Positions 1-9,925 of a DNA stretch of 62,705 bases are shown here, piece by piece. The position numbers were made by a program, and so were the translations under genes. Below the pieces are notes generated by a model that made no database searches, was not told where the DNA came from, and worked only from the letters and a program-made list of their open reading frames with translations. The DNA comes from Myxococcota bacterium (GTDB lineage: Bacteria > Myxococcota_A > UBA9042 > PHBI01 > JAWLBL01): positions 1 through 62,705 of the forward strand of contig JAWLBL010000038.1 of NCBI GenBank assembly GCA_041687695.1, given 5' to 3'. Within the stretch, counting starts at the first letter, position 1. Every line of letters begins with the position of its first letter.

Positions 1-94
1 TACTGGGCCACACGAGCACGGCTGACGCCTCGCTTCGCTAGCCGGGCGGCCCCACAAGCCGAGCGCCTCGGTGCAATTCCCTACAGGCTCCTAG
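1..94. mobile_element. Probable terminal end of an insertion sequence (IS5/IS1182-like) inserted at a CTAG target
   Basis: The sequence ...AATTCCCTACAGGCTC|CTAG (reverse complement GAGCCTGTAGGGAATT) abuts CTAG at 91-94. Codon style of the minus-strand ORF changes abruptly here. The transposase would lie outside the window. Confidence 0.5.
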
Positions 95-640
95 CGCGGC
101 GGCGGCGACGTAGCGGCGGGCCAGGACGGCGTGGCTCGCGAGGCCGATCTCGAGGGGGCCCGGGGCGGGAGTGACCGCGACGAGGTCGAACTGGACGAGC
201 GGTGAGGCGGGGTCGACCAGGTCGGAGGCGGTCAGCGCCGACTCGTCGGGGCGGACGAGGTGGGCGAGGAACCCGAACTCGAGGTAGGCGCCGTGGTGGG
301 GCCCCTGGGCCGCGATCATCTCTTGCATGAGCCGGGCGCTGAGGTGCGGGACCAGCGCGGCGATGAGCAGGAGCTCGGCGTCGGCGTCGAGGCCGAAGCG
401 ACGGGCGATGGCGTCGAATGGGATCACGGCGCCGCGCGCGACGCTGTCGCGTCGAGCGGCGCGCAGGGCGGCGCGGGCCTCGACGAGCGCGCGGGCCTGG
501 GCGGGGTAGGCCTCGGCGACGTCGCCGGCGTCACGGGCGGCGCGGAGCAGCTGGAGGTGGCGGCTGAGGCGCTCGAGTTCAGCGCGCAGGTAGGCGGCGC
601 CGTCGGCGAACGGAGCCGGAGTGTGACCATCGGAACTCAC
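38..640 (-). pseudogene. N-terminal (winged-helix-like) region of an AAA-family ATPase, truncated by the IS at ~94
   Basis: GTG start at 640 with a GGAG RBS. The segment 'IARRFGLDADAELLLIAALVPHL...SPLVQFDLV' resembles the N-terminus of eCIS/Afp15-like AAA ATPases. No Walker A motif appears before the reading frame enters the IS end. Confidence 0.5.
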
Positions 641-929
641 GGGGCGCTCCCGGAAACGAGGTGGAGGTGGAGCGCAAGGATGGAGGTCGGTGCCGCGGGA
701 ATGCACTGACACTGCATTGCAGCACGAGATGGACGCGGCGGGGGCGGGTCATGACACGGCATGACAGCGCGTGGGCGCGAGCGCTTCAACCCGCCGTCAT
801 CACGTGGGTTTATGGCCTGGCTGGCGGTCGCTGCGCGCGCTGGCCCTGCGCCGCCCCATCCCGTATCCTTCGACCTCTCGGGGACAGGGTCGGGACCTTC
901 ACCACACGCAAGCCGACAGGAGTCCGCAC

Positions 930-1403
930 ATGGCGGGGACCATCACCGATCAGATCATCCTCAAGCGCAAGCACATCAACCTGACCGGCGAAGACAAGTA
1001 CGGTCACTGGTGGACCGAGCTCCGCGACGGCGCGAAGAAGCCCGTCGAGAGCTACGGCTGGTGGCCCAAGGGACCGGTCGGCCCCAAGGAGACCCTGCTG
1101 GGGACCGAGGGCGAGCTCAACGGCGTGACGAACTTCGGCGGGAGCGCGACCAAGGATCCGCACCACGGCGACGGGGCCGAGGAGGCGTTCGAGGTCGAGA
1201 TCCCGGCGGGCAAGACCGTGGACGACGCCAAGCAGGACGTCCGCACGTTCGCGAACGGCTACAGCGGGGAGTGGCGCTGGACGTTCGGCTACGGGCAGAA
1301 CTGCCACACGTTCCAGGAGAGCCTCATCAGCGCCGCGGGCTTCGTCAAAAAGCCGCTGGGCAGCGCGGCCGGGGGCAGCAGCGGGGCGAAGAAGGCCGCA
1401 TGA
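930..1403 (+). CDS. Permuted papain-like (His...Cys) domain protein, putative effector/toxin
   Basis: AGGAG RBS and ATG at 930. Motifs YGHWW, ESYGWWP, DPHHGD and QNCHTF place His before Cys, as in the permuted NlpC/P60/PPPDE/LRAT fold. Confidence 0.6.
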   Translation: MAGTITDQIILKRKHINLTGEDKYGHWWTELRDGAKKPVESYGWWPKGPVGPKETLLGTEGELNGVTNFGGSATKDPHHGDGAEEAFEVEIPAGKTVDDAKQDVRTFANGYSGEWRWTFGYGQNCHTFQESLISAAGFVKKPLGSAAGGSSGAKKAA

Positions 1404-1861
1404 GGGCCGCGGGTCGACGATGTCGGAGGTGGGCCGCGGTGCGCACGTGGGGCGCCGCGGCCCTCGTCTGTGCGATGATGGCGCTCGGCGGCTGTCGGAG
1501 CGCCGAGATCCCGGTGGAGTCCGCGGCGCCCGACGACGGAGCGCAGGGAGAACCTATGCGAGCGGAGAGCAAGGAGCGTGGCCCGGTCTACTTCGGAGGC
1601 TGGGGGAGCTACTCGATCCCGCGAAAACCGCAAGAGCCGCTGACCAAGGAGGCCGCCCTGGCGCGGCCCACCTGGTACGAGGCCTACTACGACGACCAGG
1701 ACCGGCTGGTGCGCTTCGAGAAGTACCTCGAGGGCGAGCTGGAGTGGGCCGACCGGTACGAGTACGGCGAGGGCCAGCGCCTGAAGACACACATCCTTCG
1801 GCGGTCCGACGGGACGGAGGCGGTGCACCCGTACGACGAGCGGGGACGGCCCATTCAGTAA
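1400..1861 (+). CDS. Lipoprotein, DUF6156-like; candidate immunity protein
   Basis: ATGA overlap with the upstream gene. Arg-rich n-region, hydrophobic h-region and LGGC lipobox; body 'YEAYYDDQDRLVRFEKYLEGELEWADRYEY'. Confidence 0.6.
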   Translation: MRAAGRRCRRWAAVRTWGAAALVCAMMALGGCRSAEIPVESAAPDDGAQGEPMRAESKERGPVYFGGWGSYSIPRKPQEPLTKEAALARPTWYEAYYDDQDRLVRFEKYLEGELEWADRYEYGEGQRLKTHILRRSDGTEAVHPYDERGRPIQ

Positions 1862-1983
1862 GCCGGCGGGTGACGGGGCGTGGGCCATGGCGCCGGCGTG
1901 GCCGGGGCGGGGGCGCGTCGCATGATGCGACGGGATCGACGCCGGGCTTGACGTAGGGCCGCGGCGTCCCGACGCTGCACGCG

Positions 1984-2553
1984 ATGAGCTTCCCCGTCGC
2001 CAAGCCGCTGACCTGCGACCCCGAGACCCTGGCGCGCCTCGTGCGCGAGGGGGATGTCGCGGCGCTCGACCGCCTGTCTCGCTGCTACGCCGGCCGGTTG
2101 CTGGCGGTGGGGCGGCGCTGGTGCGCCAGCGAGGCCGACGCCGAGGACGCGGTCCAGGACGCGCTGGTCGCGGCGGGCGAGCACCTCGGCGACTATCGGG
2201 GCGAAGGCGCGGTCGAAGGCTGGCTGTCGACGATGGTGGTCAACGCGTGTCGGCGCATGCGGCGCGGCCAGAAGAACGACCCGAGCCGGCACGTGGCGGT
2301 GGAAGACGGGGTGCTCGAGGCCCGCGGCGCGAGCCCCGAGGAGGCCGCGGCCAGCGGAGAGATCGCGACCGCGCTGGGCGAGGCGCTCGCCGAGCTCTCG
2401 GCCGAGGACCGGGCCATCTTCCTCCTCGCCGAAGCGGCCGGCTGGACGGCCCCGGAGATCGCCGCGCGCGTGGGCCGCTCTCCCGGCGCGGTCCGGACGC
2501 GGCTGACCCGGCTGCGCGCCCGCCTGCGCGAAAAAATGCAGGCGCGCCTGTAA
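1984..2553 (+). CDS. ECF-subfamily sigma-70 factor
   Basis: Region 2 'DAEDAVQDALV...GWLSTMVVNAC' and region 4 'EIAARVGRSPGAVRTRLTRLRARLR'. Confidence 0.9.
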   Translation: MSFPVAKPLTCDPETLARLVREGDVAALDRLSRCYAGRLLAVGRRWCASEADAEDAVQDALVAAGEHLGDYRGEGAVEGWLSTMVVNACRRMRRGQKNDPSRHVAVEDGVLEARGASPEEAAASGEIATALGEALAELSAEDRAIFLLAEAAGWTAPEIAARVGRSPGAVRTRLTRLRARLREKMQARL

Positions 2554-2621
2554 CACTCGCGCGTGTCGGCGGCTCTACGAGGTGTACGGGGCGCCACGCC
2601 CCCCTTCGCAAGGAGCCAGCC

Positions 2622-2978
2622 ATGAAGCCTGTCGCCGCCACGGCCGCCAACTTCCAGACCGAGGTCCTGGACGCGTCGCTCCCGGTCATCGTCGACTTCT
2701 GGGCCGCCTGGTGCGGGCCCTGCCGCGCCATCGCGCCGGTGCTCGACGCCCTCGCCGCCGATCTCGCCGGCAAGCTGAAGGTGGTCAAGGTCGACGCCGA
2801 CACCAACCCCGAGCTCTCGGCCCGCTACCGCGTCCAGGGGCTCCCCACCCTGCTCGCCTTCAAGGACGGCAAGGTGGTCGACCAGATGGTCGGCTTCGGC
2901 GGCCGCGAGCGCCTCGAGAAGTGGGCGCGCGACCTCATCGGCGAGTCGGCGCCGACCCGCTACAAGGTCTCGTGGTGA
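2622..2978 (+). CDS. trxA: Thioredoxin
   Basis: VDFWAAWCGPC active site, cis-Pro 'LPTL', AGGAG RBS. Confidence 0.93.
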   Translation: MKPVAATAANFQTEVLDASLPVIVDFWAAWCGPCRAIAPVLDALAADLAGKLKVVKVDADTNPELSARYRVQGLPTLLAFKDGKVVDQMVGFGGRERLEKWARDLIGESAPTRYKVSW

Positions 2979-3015
2979 GGCCGGCCGTGCGGCGCCCGCC
3001 CAGCGTTCTGCGGGG

Positions 3016-4296
3016 TCAGGGCGTCGAGGCGCTCGCCGGGCGGGGGGTGACCTTCCACAGCTCGCCGTCGGGCGCGTCGGTGACGATGTAGAGGGCACCG
3101 TCGGGGCCCTGCTCGATGTCGCGGATGCGCTGGCCGCGGTCGCCGAAGAGGCGCTCCTCGCCAGTGACGCGGCCGTCTTCGAGGCGCAGGCGGGCGACGT
3201 CCTTGGTGACGAGGCCGCCGACGAGCAGGCTGCCGCGCCAGGCGGGGAAGGCGGCGCCGGTGTAGAACGCGGCGCCGGACGGGGCGATGACCGGGTCCCA
3301 GTAGTAGACGGGTTGCTGGAACTGGCCGGGCGCGGGGGCGGCGCCGGGGATGGGCTGGCCCGAGTACTCCTCGCCATAGGCCTGCAGGGGCCAGCCGTAG
3401 TTCTTGCCCTTCTCGATGAGGTTCAGCTCGTCGCCGCCGCGGGTGCCGTGCTCGACCTGCCAGTAGCGGCCCTGGTCGTCGAAGGCGGCGGCCTGCACGT
3501 TGCGGTGGCCGAGGGTCCATATCTCGGGTTTGGCGCCCTGGGTGCCGACGAAGGGGTTGTCCGGGGGCGCGGTGCCGTCGGGGCGGATGCGCAGGGTCTT
3601 GCCGAGGTGGCTGTCCATCTGCTGGGCGTACTTGCGCATGGGCTTGTCCGAGCGGTCGCCGGTGGTGACGTAGAGCATCCCGTCGGGGCCGAAGGACAGG
3701 CGCGAGCCGAAGTGGGCGCGGCCGTCGTAGGCCGGCTCGACGCGGAAGATGACGCGCACGTCGGTGAGGTTGCGGCGGTCGTCGGACAGGGCGCCGCGGG
3801 CGACGGCGGTGGTGTTGCCGCCGTCGCGGGGCTCGGAGAAGCTCCAGAAGAGGGTGCGGTCGGTGGCGAAGCTGGGGCTGAGCGCGACGTCGAGCAGGCC
3901 GCCCTGCCCGCCTGCGTCGATCGCGGGGAGGCCGCCGATGGGCGGGCCGACCTGGCCCGAGGCCGAGACGATGCGGAGGCGGCCGGGGCGTTCGGTGACG
4001 AGGAGGTCGCCGCGGGGCAGGGCCTGGACGGCCCAGGGGTGGACCAGGCCCGAGGCGAGGACCTCGACCTGGTAGGCGACGTCGGAGTCGAGGGCGCAGG
4101 CGCGGGTCTGGCCCGGGAAGGCGGGGCGCTGGTCGGGGGCGTTGGCGGGGCCGGTCTGGACCGGCTTGCAGTCGCCTGCGGCGGCGTCGGGAGCGCGCTC
4201 GGCCTGGGCGCGGGTCGGCTGGCACGAGGCGGACGACGCGCCCAGGGGGGCCATGAGGGCCAGCGAAGCGGCGAGCGCGGCGCAGCGGTGGGGCAT
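3016..4296 (-). CDS. PQQ-dependent sugar (aldose/sorbosone) dehydrogenase, YliI/Asd family
   Basis: Signal peptide; motifs HPW, GQGGLLDVAL, HFGSRL, GHRNVQ, EHGTRGGDELN, NYGWP, RIRDI. Confidence 0.92.
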   Translation of the reverse strand: MPHRCAALAASLALMAPLGASSASCQPTRAQAERAPDAAAGDCKPVQTGPANAPDQRPAFPGQTRACALDSDVAYQVEVLASGLVHPWAVQALPRGDLLVTERPGRLRIVSASGQVGPPIGGLPAIDAGGQGGLLDVALSPSFATDRTLFWSFSEPRDGGNTTAVARGALSDDRRNLTDVRVIFRVEPAYDGRAHFGSRLSFGPDGMLYVTTGDRSDKPMRKYAQQMDSHLGKTLRIRPDGTAPPDNPFVGTQGAKPEIWTLGHRNVQAAAFDDQGRYWQVEHGTRGGDELNLIEKGKNYGWPLQAYGEEYSGQPIPGAAPAPGQFQQPVYYWDPVIAPSGAAFYTGAAFPAWRGSLLVGGLVTKDVARLRLEDGRVTGEERLFGDRGQRIRDIEQGPDGALYIVTDAPDGELWKVTPRPASASTP

Positions 4297-4400
4297 GGTG
4301 TCCTCGCGGGTGGCTCGGGGGACGGGGTGCGGGCGTGGGAGCGGCGCTCGCCGAGCGGCCGTCGCGGTGACAGTGTAGGCGGCGAGCAGAGAGATCGGGG

Positions 4401-4729
4401 ATGAAAGAGGCGACCAGGGCCGCGGTGACTCGGCAGCGCGGGGCGCTGGAGGTGCGGGCGGGCGGCGTGCTGCTGGTCCACACGTCGCTCCGCGCGGTGC
4501 GGCCGGTCGAGGGCGGGCCGCTGGGGCTGATCGGGGCGCTGCGGGCGCCGCTGGGCGCGGACGGGACGCTGGTGATGCCGGCGATGACCGACGGGCAGCG
4601 CGTCTTCGACCCGAGGGCGACGCCGTGGCCCTGGAGCAGCTGGCGGCCGACCCGCTGGTCTTCCTGTGCCCGCCCGGGGCTGGTTGTGGCGAGTGCGACC
4701 TGGCCCGCGCGAGCGTCGCGCCGGAGTAG
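4401..4729 (+). pseudogene. AAC(3)-IV-like aminoglycoside N3-acetyltransferase remnant with a large internal deletion
   Basis: The N-terminus '[47 protein letters not shown]' joins at ~4625, in another frame, to the C-terminus '[29 protein letters not shown]'. Both ends match the termini of AAC(3)-IV. Confidence 0.8.
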
Positions 4730-4763
4730 GGACGGGGCGGACTCGCGGGTCGGGACGCTCGGG

Positions 4764-7421
4764 CTAGGGTCTGCTCTCGGTCAGGTTCCGGATGGCGCCC
4801 GGCCCCTGAGCATACCCGTAGCGGACGTTGCCGCCCCGCTGCGGCTTGAAGTGCGACCGCGAGGCGTTGGGATTGTTGACGTTGGCGTTGATGGCGTGCG
4901 GATGGAAGTGGACGACGAAGGTGTCCATCTGGGTTCCGTTCATGAGCTGGACTTCGTAGGCCCTCTCGTCGGTCGTCATCTGCCCGTTGAGGCGAACCCA
5001 GCCACCGAGCGGGGCGATGGTGACGTAGCCGGCGCCGATGAGGTCGGCGATGGCGCCCAGCCAGCTGCTGAAGTGCGTCAGCTTGTTGAAGCGCGTCAGG
5101 TGCTGCGCGTGGACGGCGGCGAGCATCGCGTTATGAGAGCTGCCGTTGGGCAGCGCCGTCAGGCAGTTGGAGATGTCGGCCTGCGACCAGCCGAAGCCCG
5201 TGCAGACGGCCAGGACGTGGGTCAGGGCCGCCGCGCTGGCGGCGTGCGGCTGCAGGGCGACCAGCAGCGCCATCTTGGTGTTGGCGGGGTTGGGCGCGGC
5301 GGCGACCGCGGCGACGATCTCGGCGGGCGTGTAGACGCCACAGAGGGTGACCAGGTGCCCGCGGGCCGTGCCGTTGGCGACGTGCGCGTTCAGCGTCCCG
5401 AGGCGGGTCGCGAGGTCGTTGATGCGGCCCCCGGCGACGCCGGCGGCATGGAGCGCGTTGACGAGGGCCAGGCGATCGTCGCTGGCGCAGTACTCGGAGA
5501 GCGCAGCGGGCTGCACGCCCGCGGTGAGCATCGCGCCGAGCGTCAGCGCCGGGATGGTGACGGCGCGCTGGAGCTTGGTCGTGTCCAGGCCGCTCTGCAG
5601 GAGCAAGGTGCGCGTGTTCGGGGCCGCGGTGATGGCCTGAATGATGAGCCGGCCCAGGGCCATGTCCTGACCGGCGGCGTTCAGGGCCGCGAGCGCGTCG
5701 GGGTGGTGGCCGACGCTCTGCGCGAACTGCTTGTGCGCGTCGACGACCTCCTGCTTCTTGGCCGGGCCCTCCTGGTTGACGACGGAGTTCCGCTCCTGGG
5801 TCTCGCGCAGATTGATGTCGTCGATGTCCGGCTTGGCCAGCTTGTTGCGCTCGTCCTCGAACTTGCTCCGCGCCTCGCGCACCTTACTGATGGCGTCCTT
5901 TCCGCTGGACAGTGCGCCGTTGAGACTCCCGAGGACCTTCTTTGGGCGATTGTTGAGCGCGTCCCAAGCCGCTTGGTTCTGGTCCGTGAGCGCTTGTCGC
6001 CGATCGAGGTCGGCGCTGTCCTGCACCTCCTGCAGGCGCCGCGTGACCAGCGTCTGCGCGGCCTGGTCGCCCTCGTCCTCGGCGTGCTTGCGGAGGTCGT
6101 CGAGGTAGCCGAAGTCGCGGCTGCGCTGCAGCTTCAGGGCCGCGTCCTGGCCGTCGGTCGCGGCGTCGGCGAGGGCGACGGCGTTGATGCGGAGCGCGTC
6201 GCTGGTCAGGTGGGCCCGCTCGTCGAGCACCGCCGCGAGCTTGTCATGGGCCAGCCCCGCGGCCTGCGGGGCGACCGTCAGCGCGCGCAGGGTGGCCAGC
6301 GCCTCGGTCAGGCGCAGCGCGCTGCCCCGGGCGTACTGCAGCGCGCGGTCGGCGTCGGTCCGGGTGCCGCCCGCGGCTGCGTGGTCGACCAGGGTCGGGG
6401 CGGTGGCCAGGGAGTCGAGCAGCTGCGGATAGAGCTGCAGGGCCGCGACGATGGCCGGCGCGCCGCGCCCGTTGGTCAGCAGGTGGCGGCGGAGCCCGAT
6501 GGTCAGCACGTAGGCGTCGAGCCCCACGTTCTGCGCCGCGAGCGACAGCGCCAGCACGGCGTCGAGGTCCGGACCGGGACACGAGGTCGCGTCGCGGACG
6601 ATGCTTTGCTGGGTCAGGCCCGCCGCGTGGTGGCGGACGATGGCGTCGGCGCGATCGACCGTGTCGAAGAGCTGCGCGCCGACGACCAGGGCGTTCTGCA
6701 CCTCGAGGGCCGTGCGCCCTCGCTGCATGACCGCGACCAGGATGCGCGCCAGTGGGTCGTTGAGAGACCCGTTCGGCCGCAACGCGAGCTGACGCGCCTG
6801 GGCCCAGATGTCGCCGTCCTGGACGCCCTTGCGCTGCACGGGGCCCGCCGACGCCGACGCGACCACCGGCGCCGCGGTCGCTGACGCCGCCTCGCCCCGG
6901 GCCGCCTTGGCGCCGGCCTCGTCGGCCGCCCGCTCGAGCGACGGGTCGTCGTTCACGGCCACGCCGGCCACGTCGGTGGTGGCCGCGACCTTGCCCTGCG
7001 ACTGCTGCACGACGTGCGTCAGCTCGTGACCCAGCAGCTCTTGGCCGCGCGTGCTCTCGGGTTGGTAGGCGCCCGGCGCGAAGTGGATGTCGGCGCCCTG
7101 GGTGTACGCCTGGGCCCCGACCGCGGTGGCCTGCGCGCCTTCGTGGATGCGCACCGCGCTGAAGTCGGCGCCGAGCTGGGCTTCCATCTTGGCCTGCACC
7201 GCGGCGGGCATGGGGCGGCCGCCGCCGATGGGCGCGGGCGCCGGCATCGCGCTGGCCGGGCCGCCGGTCGCCTTGCGCTGCAGGGGCGACAGCGCCGCCA
7301 CCTGGTCGGCGTAGGCCATCCCGCGTAGCTGGCTCCGGGCGCTGGACGGCGCCTCGGATTCGGTGGCCGGGGCAGAGGCGTCGGAAGCGAGGGCGGGCTT
7401 GGGAGGGCGCGTCAGGGTCAT
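4764..7421 (-). CDS. DUF4157 (eCIS core domain) protein with a long helical linker and unknown C-terminal domain
   Basis: '[28 protein letters not shown]...[15 protein letters not shown]...[12 protein letters not shown]...LERAADEAG...VQRK' is the DUF4157 signature. Confidence 0.85.
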   Translation of the reverse strand: MTLTRPPKPALASDASAPATESEAPSSARSQLRGMAYADQVAALSPLQRKATGGPASAMPAPAPIGGGRPMPAAVQAKMEAQLGADFSAVRIHEGAQATAVGAQAYTQGADIHFAPGAYQPESTRGQELLGHELTHVVQQSQGKVAATTDVAGVAVNDDPSLERAADEAGAKAARGEAASATAAPVVASASAGPVQRKGVQDGDIWAQARQLALRPNGSLNDPLARILVAVMQRGRTALEVQNALVVGAQLFDTVDRADAIVRHHAAGLTQQSIVRDATSCPGPDLDAVLALSLAAQNVGLDAYVLTIGLRRHLLTNGRGAPAIVAALQLYPQLLDSLATAPTLVDHAAAGGTRTDADRALQYARGSALRLTEALATLRALTVAPQAAGLAHDKLAAVLDERAHLTSDALRINAVALADAATDGQDAALKLQRSRDFGYLDDLRKHAEDEGDQAAQTLVTRRLQEVQDSADLDRRQALTDQNQAAWDALNNRPKKVLGSLNGALSSGKDAISKVREARSKFEDERNKLAKPDIDDINLRETQERNSVVNQEGPAKKQEVVDAHKQFAQSVGHHPDALAALNAAGQDMALGRLIIQAITAAPNTRTLLLQSGLDTTKLQRAVTIPALTLGAMLTAGVQPAALSEYCASDDRLALVNALHAAGVAGGRINDLATRLGTLNAHVANGTARGHLVTLCGVYTPAEIVAAVAAAPNPANTKMALLVALQPHAASAAALTHVLAVCTGFGWSQADISNCLTALPNGSSHNAMLAAVHAQHLTRFNKLTHFSSWLGAIADLIGAGYVTIAPLGGWVRLNGQMTTDERAYEVQLMNGTQMDTFVVHFHPHAINANVNNPNASRSHFKPQRGGNVRYGYAQGPGAIRNLTESRP

Positions 7422-7677
7422 GGCGGGCACCGGTGGGCTGGGCCGAGGCGGCGCGGGAGCGGGGGCTTGGGGCCGGGCGTCGGCGGTGGGCCGGCGCAGG
7501 ATCGCAGCAGCGCCGGGTGAGGTCAATGCGGACACGCCATGCGGGGATGTTGCTGCGATGCAACGCGGTGGCGTCACTCTGGTCACGATTCCAGCGAGTT
7601 GCGTCGCGCTGGCGGCGCCGTCGGCGCCAGCGGTGTTATGCGCTGTAAGATCGTAAGGCGCCCAGGTCTCGTGGGGC

Positions 7678-8652
7678 TCAGAGGGCGATGGCGAGCTTGC
7701 CGCGAGCGTGGCCGGCTTCGAGGTAGCGGACGGCGGCGGGGGTCTCGGCGAGCGGGAAGGTGCGGTCGAGGACGGGTGTCAGGTGGCCGGCCTCGATGAG
7801 ATCGCGGAGGAGGTCGAGGTCGTCGTGGCGCTCGGTCGAGACGAGGCCGCGCAGAGTGTGGCCCACGAAGGGGGAGAGCAGCATGGCCCAGAGGCTGCGC
7901 TCGAGGCCGCCGAGCCAGCGGCCGCCGTGGTCGCCGCCGACGAGGACCAGGGTGCCCTTGGGGGTGAGGGCGCGGCGGACGTGGGCGAGCGGGCGGTTGC
8001 CGGCGATGTCGAGGACGAGGTCGTAGCGGCGCGCGCCGTCGGTGGGGTCGTCGCGGGTGTAGTCCAGGACGTGGGTCGCGCCGAGGGTGCGCACGAGGTC
8101 GGCCTTGGCGGCGCTGCAGACGGCGGTGACCTCGGCGCCGAAGTGCCGGGCGAGCTGGACGGCGAAAGAGCCGACGCCGCCCGAGGCGCCGAGGACCAGG
8201 ACGCGCTGGCCGGGCTGGACGCGGCCGGCGTCGCGCAGGGCGTGCAGGGCGGTGCAGGCCGAGATGGGGACGACGGCGGCCTGGGTGAAGGAGAGGTTGG
8301 CCGGCTTGCGGGCGAGGCGGTCCTGCGACGCGGTGGCCCACTCGGCGAAGGAGCCGTTGCCGACGCCGTAGACCTCGTCGCCAGGCGACCAGCGGGTGAC
8401 CTCGGCGCCGACGGCCTCGACGACGCCCGAGAGATCGAGGCCGCGGACGCGGGCGCCCTTGCGGGGGCGGCGCAGGCCGAAGGCGAGGCGGACCAGGTAG
8501 GGGTCGCCGCGCATGACGTGCCACACGCCGGCGTCGAGGCCGGCGGCGTGGACGCGCACCAGCACGTCGCGTTTGCCGGGGGTGGGCCGTTCGACCTCGT
8601 CGAGCCGCAGCACGTCGGGGCCGCCATAGAGGTCCTGGACGATGGCCTTCAT
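7678..8652 (-). CDS. NAD(P)-dependent MDR-family oxidoreductase (quinone reductase/alcohol dehydrogenase-like)
   Basis: 'YGGPDVL...VLVRVHAAG', '[18 protein letters not shown]', C-terminal 'GHARGKLAI'. Confidence 0.9.
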   Translation of the reverse strand: MKAIVQDLYGGPDVLRLDEVERPTPGKRDVLVRVHAAGLDAGVWHVMRGDPYLVRLAFGLRRPRKGARVRGLDLSGVVEAVGAEVTRWSPGDEVYGVGNGSFAEWATASQDRLARKPANLSFTQAAVVPISACTALHALRDAGRVQPGQRVLVLGASGGVGSFAVQLARHFGAEVTAVCSAAKADLVRTLGATHVLDYTRDDPTDGARRYDLVLDIAGNRPLAHVRRALTPKGTLVLVGGDHGGRWLGGLERSLWAMLLSPFVGHTLRGLVSTERHDDLDLLRDLIEAGHLTPVLDRTFPLAETPAAVRYLEAGHARGKLAIAL

Positions 8653-8882
8653 GCGTCGTCTCCGTCGGGTCCGGGGTACTGGAAGACCTGCTCGAGCGGC
8701 ACGCCGAAGACGCGCGCGATCTGGAAGGCCATCTCGAGCGAGGGCGAGTAGCGGCCGTGCTCGATGGCGATGATGGTCTGGCGCGTGACGCCCACGCGGG
8801 CGGCGAGGTCGGCCTGCGTCATCTCGCCGTGCGCGAAGCGCAGGGCGCGGATGGAGTTGCTGATGCGGGTCGGCTTCACCAC
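8649..8882 (-). CDS. XRE-family helix-turn-helix transcriptional regulator
   Basis: 'MTQADLAARVGVTRQTIIAIEHGRYSPSLEMAFQIARVF'; overlaps both neighbouring genes. Confidence 0.9.
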   Translation of the reverse strand: MVKPTRISNSIRALRFAHGEMTQADLAARVGVTRQTIIAIEHGRYSPSLEMAFQIARVFGVPLEQVFQYPGPDGDDA

Positions 8883-9304
8883 TGCTGGAAGCCTCGGCGG
8901 TAGGCCACGATCTTGGTGATCGATCCGAGGATGGCCGACAGGACGAAGGCCAGATAGACGGCGTTGGCGATCCAGAAGTGGTCCGCTTCGAGCATCGCCA
9001 GGCCGAGCGCGGCGACGCCTCCGATGACCACGAAGGACTGGCCGATGTACTCGCCGAGGCGATGGATCTCGCGGTCCCGTTGGTCCATCGCGCCAGCGTC
9101 CTCGGGCGACGCGATGGTCGCGAGGATGCGCAGCACGATGGCCGCCACGATGGCGCCGCCGATGGTCCACAGCAGGGTCGCCGCGTACGGGACCTCGGTC
9201 AGCGGCCCGTCGCCCGCGCGGCCGAGGACCGTCACCGCATAGATCGCGTACGCGCCGATGGTGACGAGCAACATCGACCAGGCGCCCTTCTCTTCGAAAG
9301 CCAT
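8876..9304 (-). CDS. Four-TM membrane protein (DUF2178-like) coupled to the XRE regulator
   Basis: Four hydrophobic segments with a central 'DQRDREI' motif. Confidence 0.75.
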   Translation of the reverse strand: MAFEEKGAWSMLLVTIGAYAIYAVTVLGRAGDGPLTEVPYAATLLWTIGGAIVAAIVLRILATIASPEDAGAMDQRDREIHRLGEYIGQSFVVIGGVAALGLAMLEADHFWIANAVYLAFVLSAILGSITKIVAYRRGFQQW

Positions 9305-9313
9305 GTCCGACCT

Positions 9314-9381
9314 CGTGTCAAAGATGTTTGACACGCCCAGATGTATAGCAGCGCCAACATCAGGTCAAACATGTTTTACAC
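9314..9381. promoter_or_regulatory. Two palindromic operator sites, probably bound by the XRE regulator
   Basis: CGTGTCAAA-gatg-TTTGACACG at 9314-9335 and GTCAAACATGTTTTACAC at 9364-9381, directly upstream of the operon. Confidence 0.65.
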
Positions 9382-9469
9382 GATGGGTCGGAATCCGACG
9401 TGCTGCGGTTCAGGTTCAGCGCCGGGCGAAGCGACGTCACAGGCAGGGAGCGACCCGAGCTGAAGCCCC

Positions 9470-9925
9470 TCAGGGACGCAGCCGGGGATCGAACGAGAAG
9501 GGGCGCGGCGCTTCGATGAGGACCTCGGCCATGCGGGGGTGACGCGGGTTGACGAGGACGTTCACGGCCTCCGGGACGACGACCGAAGGGACGGCCAGCC
9601 CGAGCGAGCGGCCGCTGTCGACCCAGGCGGTGCCGAAGCGCTGGGTCGCGTTCATGTCCGCGGGGGAGTCCCAGCCGGTCGGAAGCTGGCCCGGGGTCAC
9701 GGCTTCGATGGCGTCGTCGGGGACCTCGGCCGCGACGAGCACGTAGGTCGGCGCGGTATCCCAGTCGAAGTGCACGAGGACCTCGAGGGCGGCCAGCGCC
9801 GTGTGGGTCGCGGTGTAGACGACGTGCGTGCCACGGCGGTGCCAGCGGGCCGGGAAGCGGGCGGCGCCCTCTCCCGAGAAGGCCGAGTCGGCCCACCGGG
9901 ATTGGCATAGGCGATAGAGGCGCAT
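9470..9925 (-). CDS. RES-domain toxin (MbcT/ParT family)
   Basis: 'LYRL...FSGEGAARFPARWH...VVYTA...ALEVLVH...VPSVVVP...NVLVNPRHP' carries the R-E-S motif. Confidence 0.9.
   Translation of the reverse strand: MRLYRLCQSRWADSAFSGEGAARFPARWHRRGTHVVYTATHTALAALEVLVHFDWDTAPTYVLVAAEVPDDAIEAVTPGQLPTGWDSPADMNATQRFGTAWVDSGRSLGLAVPSVVVPEAVNVLVNPRHPRMAEVLIEAPRPFSFDPRLRP

Noticed and set aside
4401..6884. 827-aa intact AAC(3) fusion protein
   Set aside because: Only the first ~75 aa are AAC(3)-like; the rest is read-through antisense to the DUF4157 gene.
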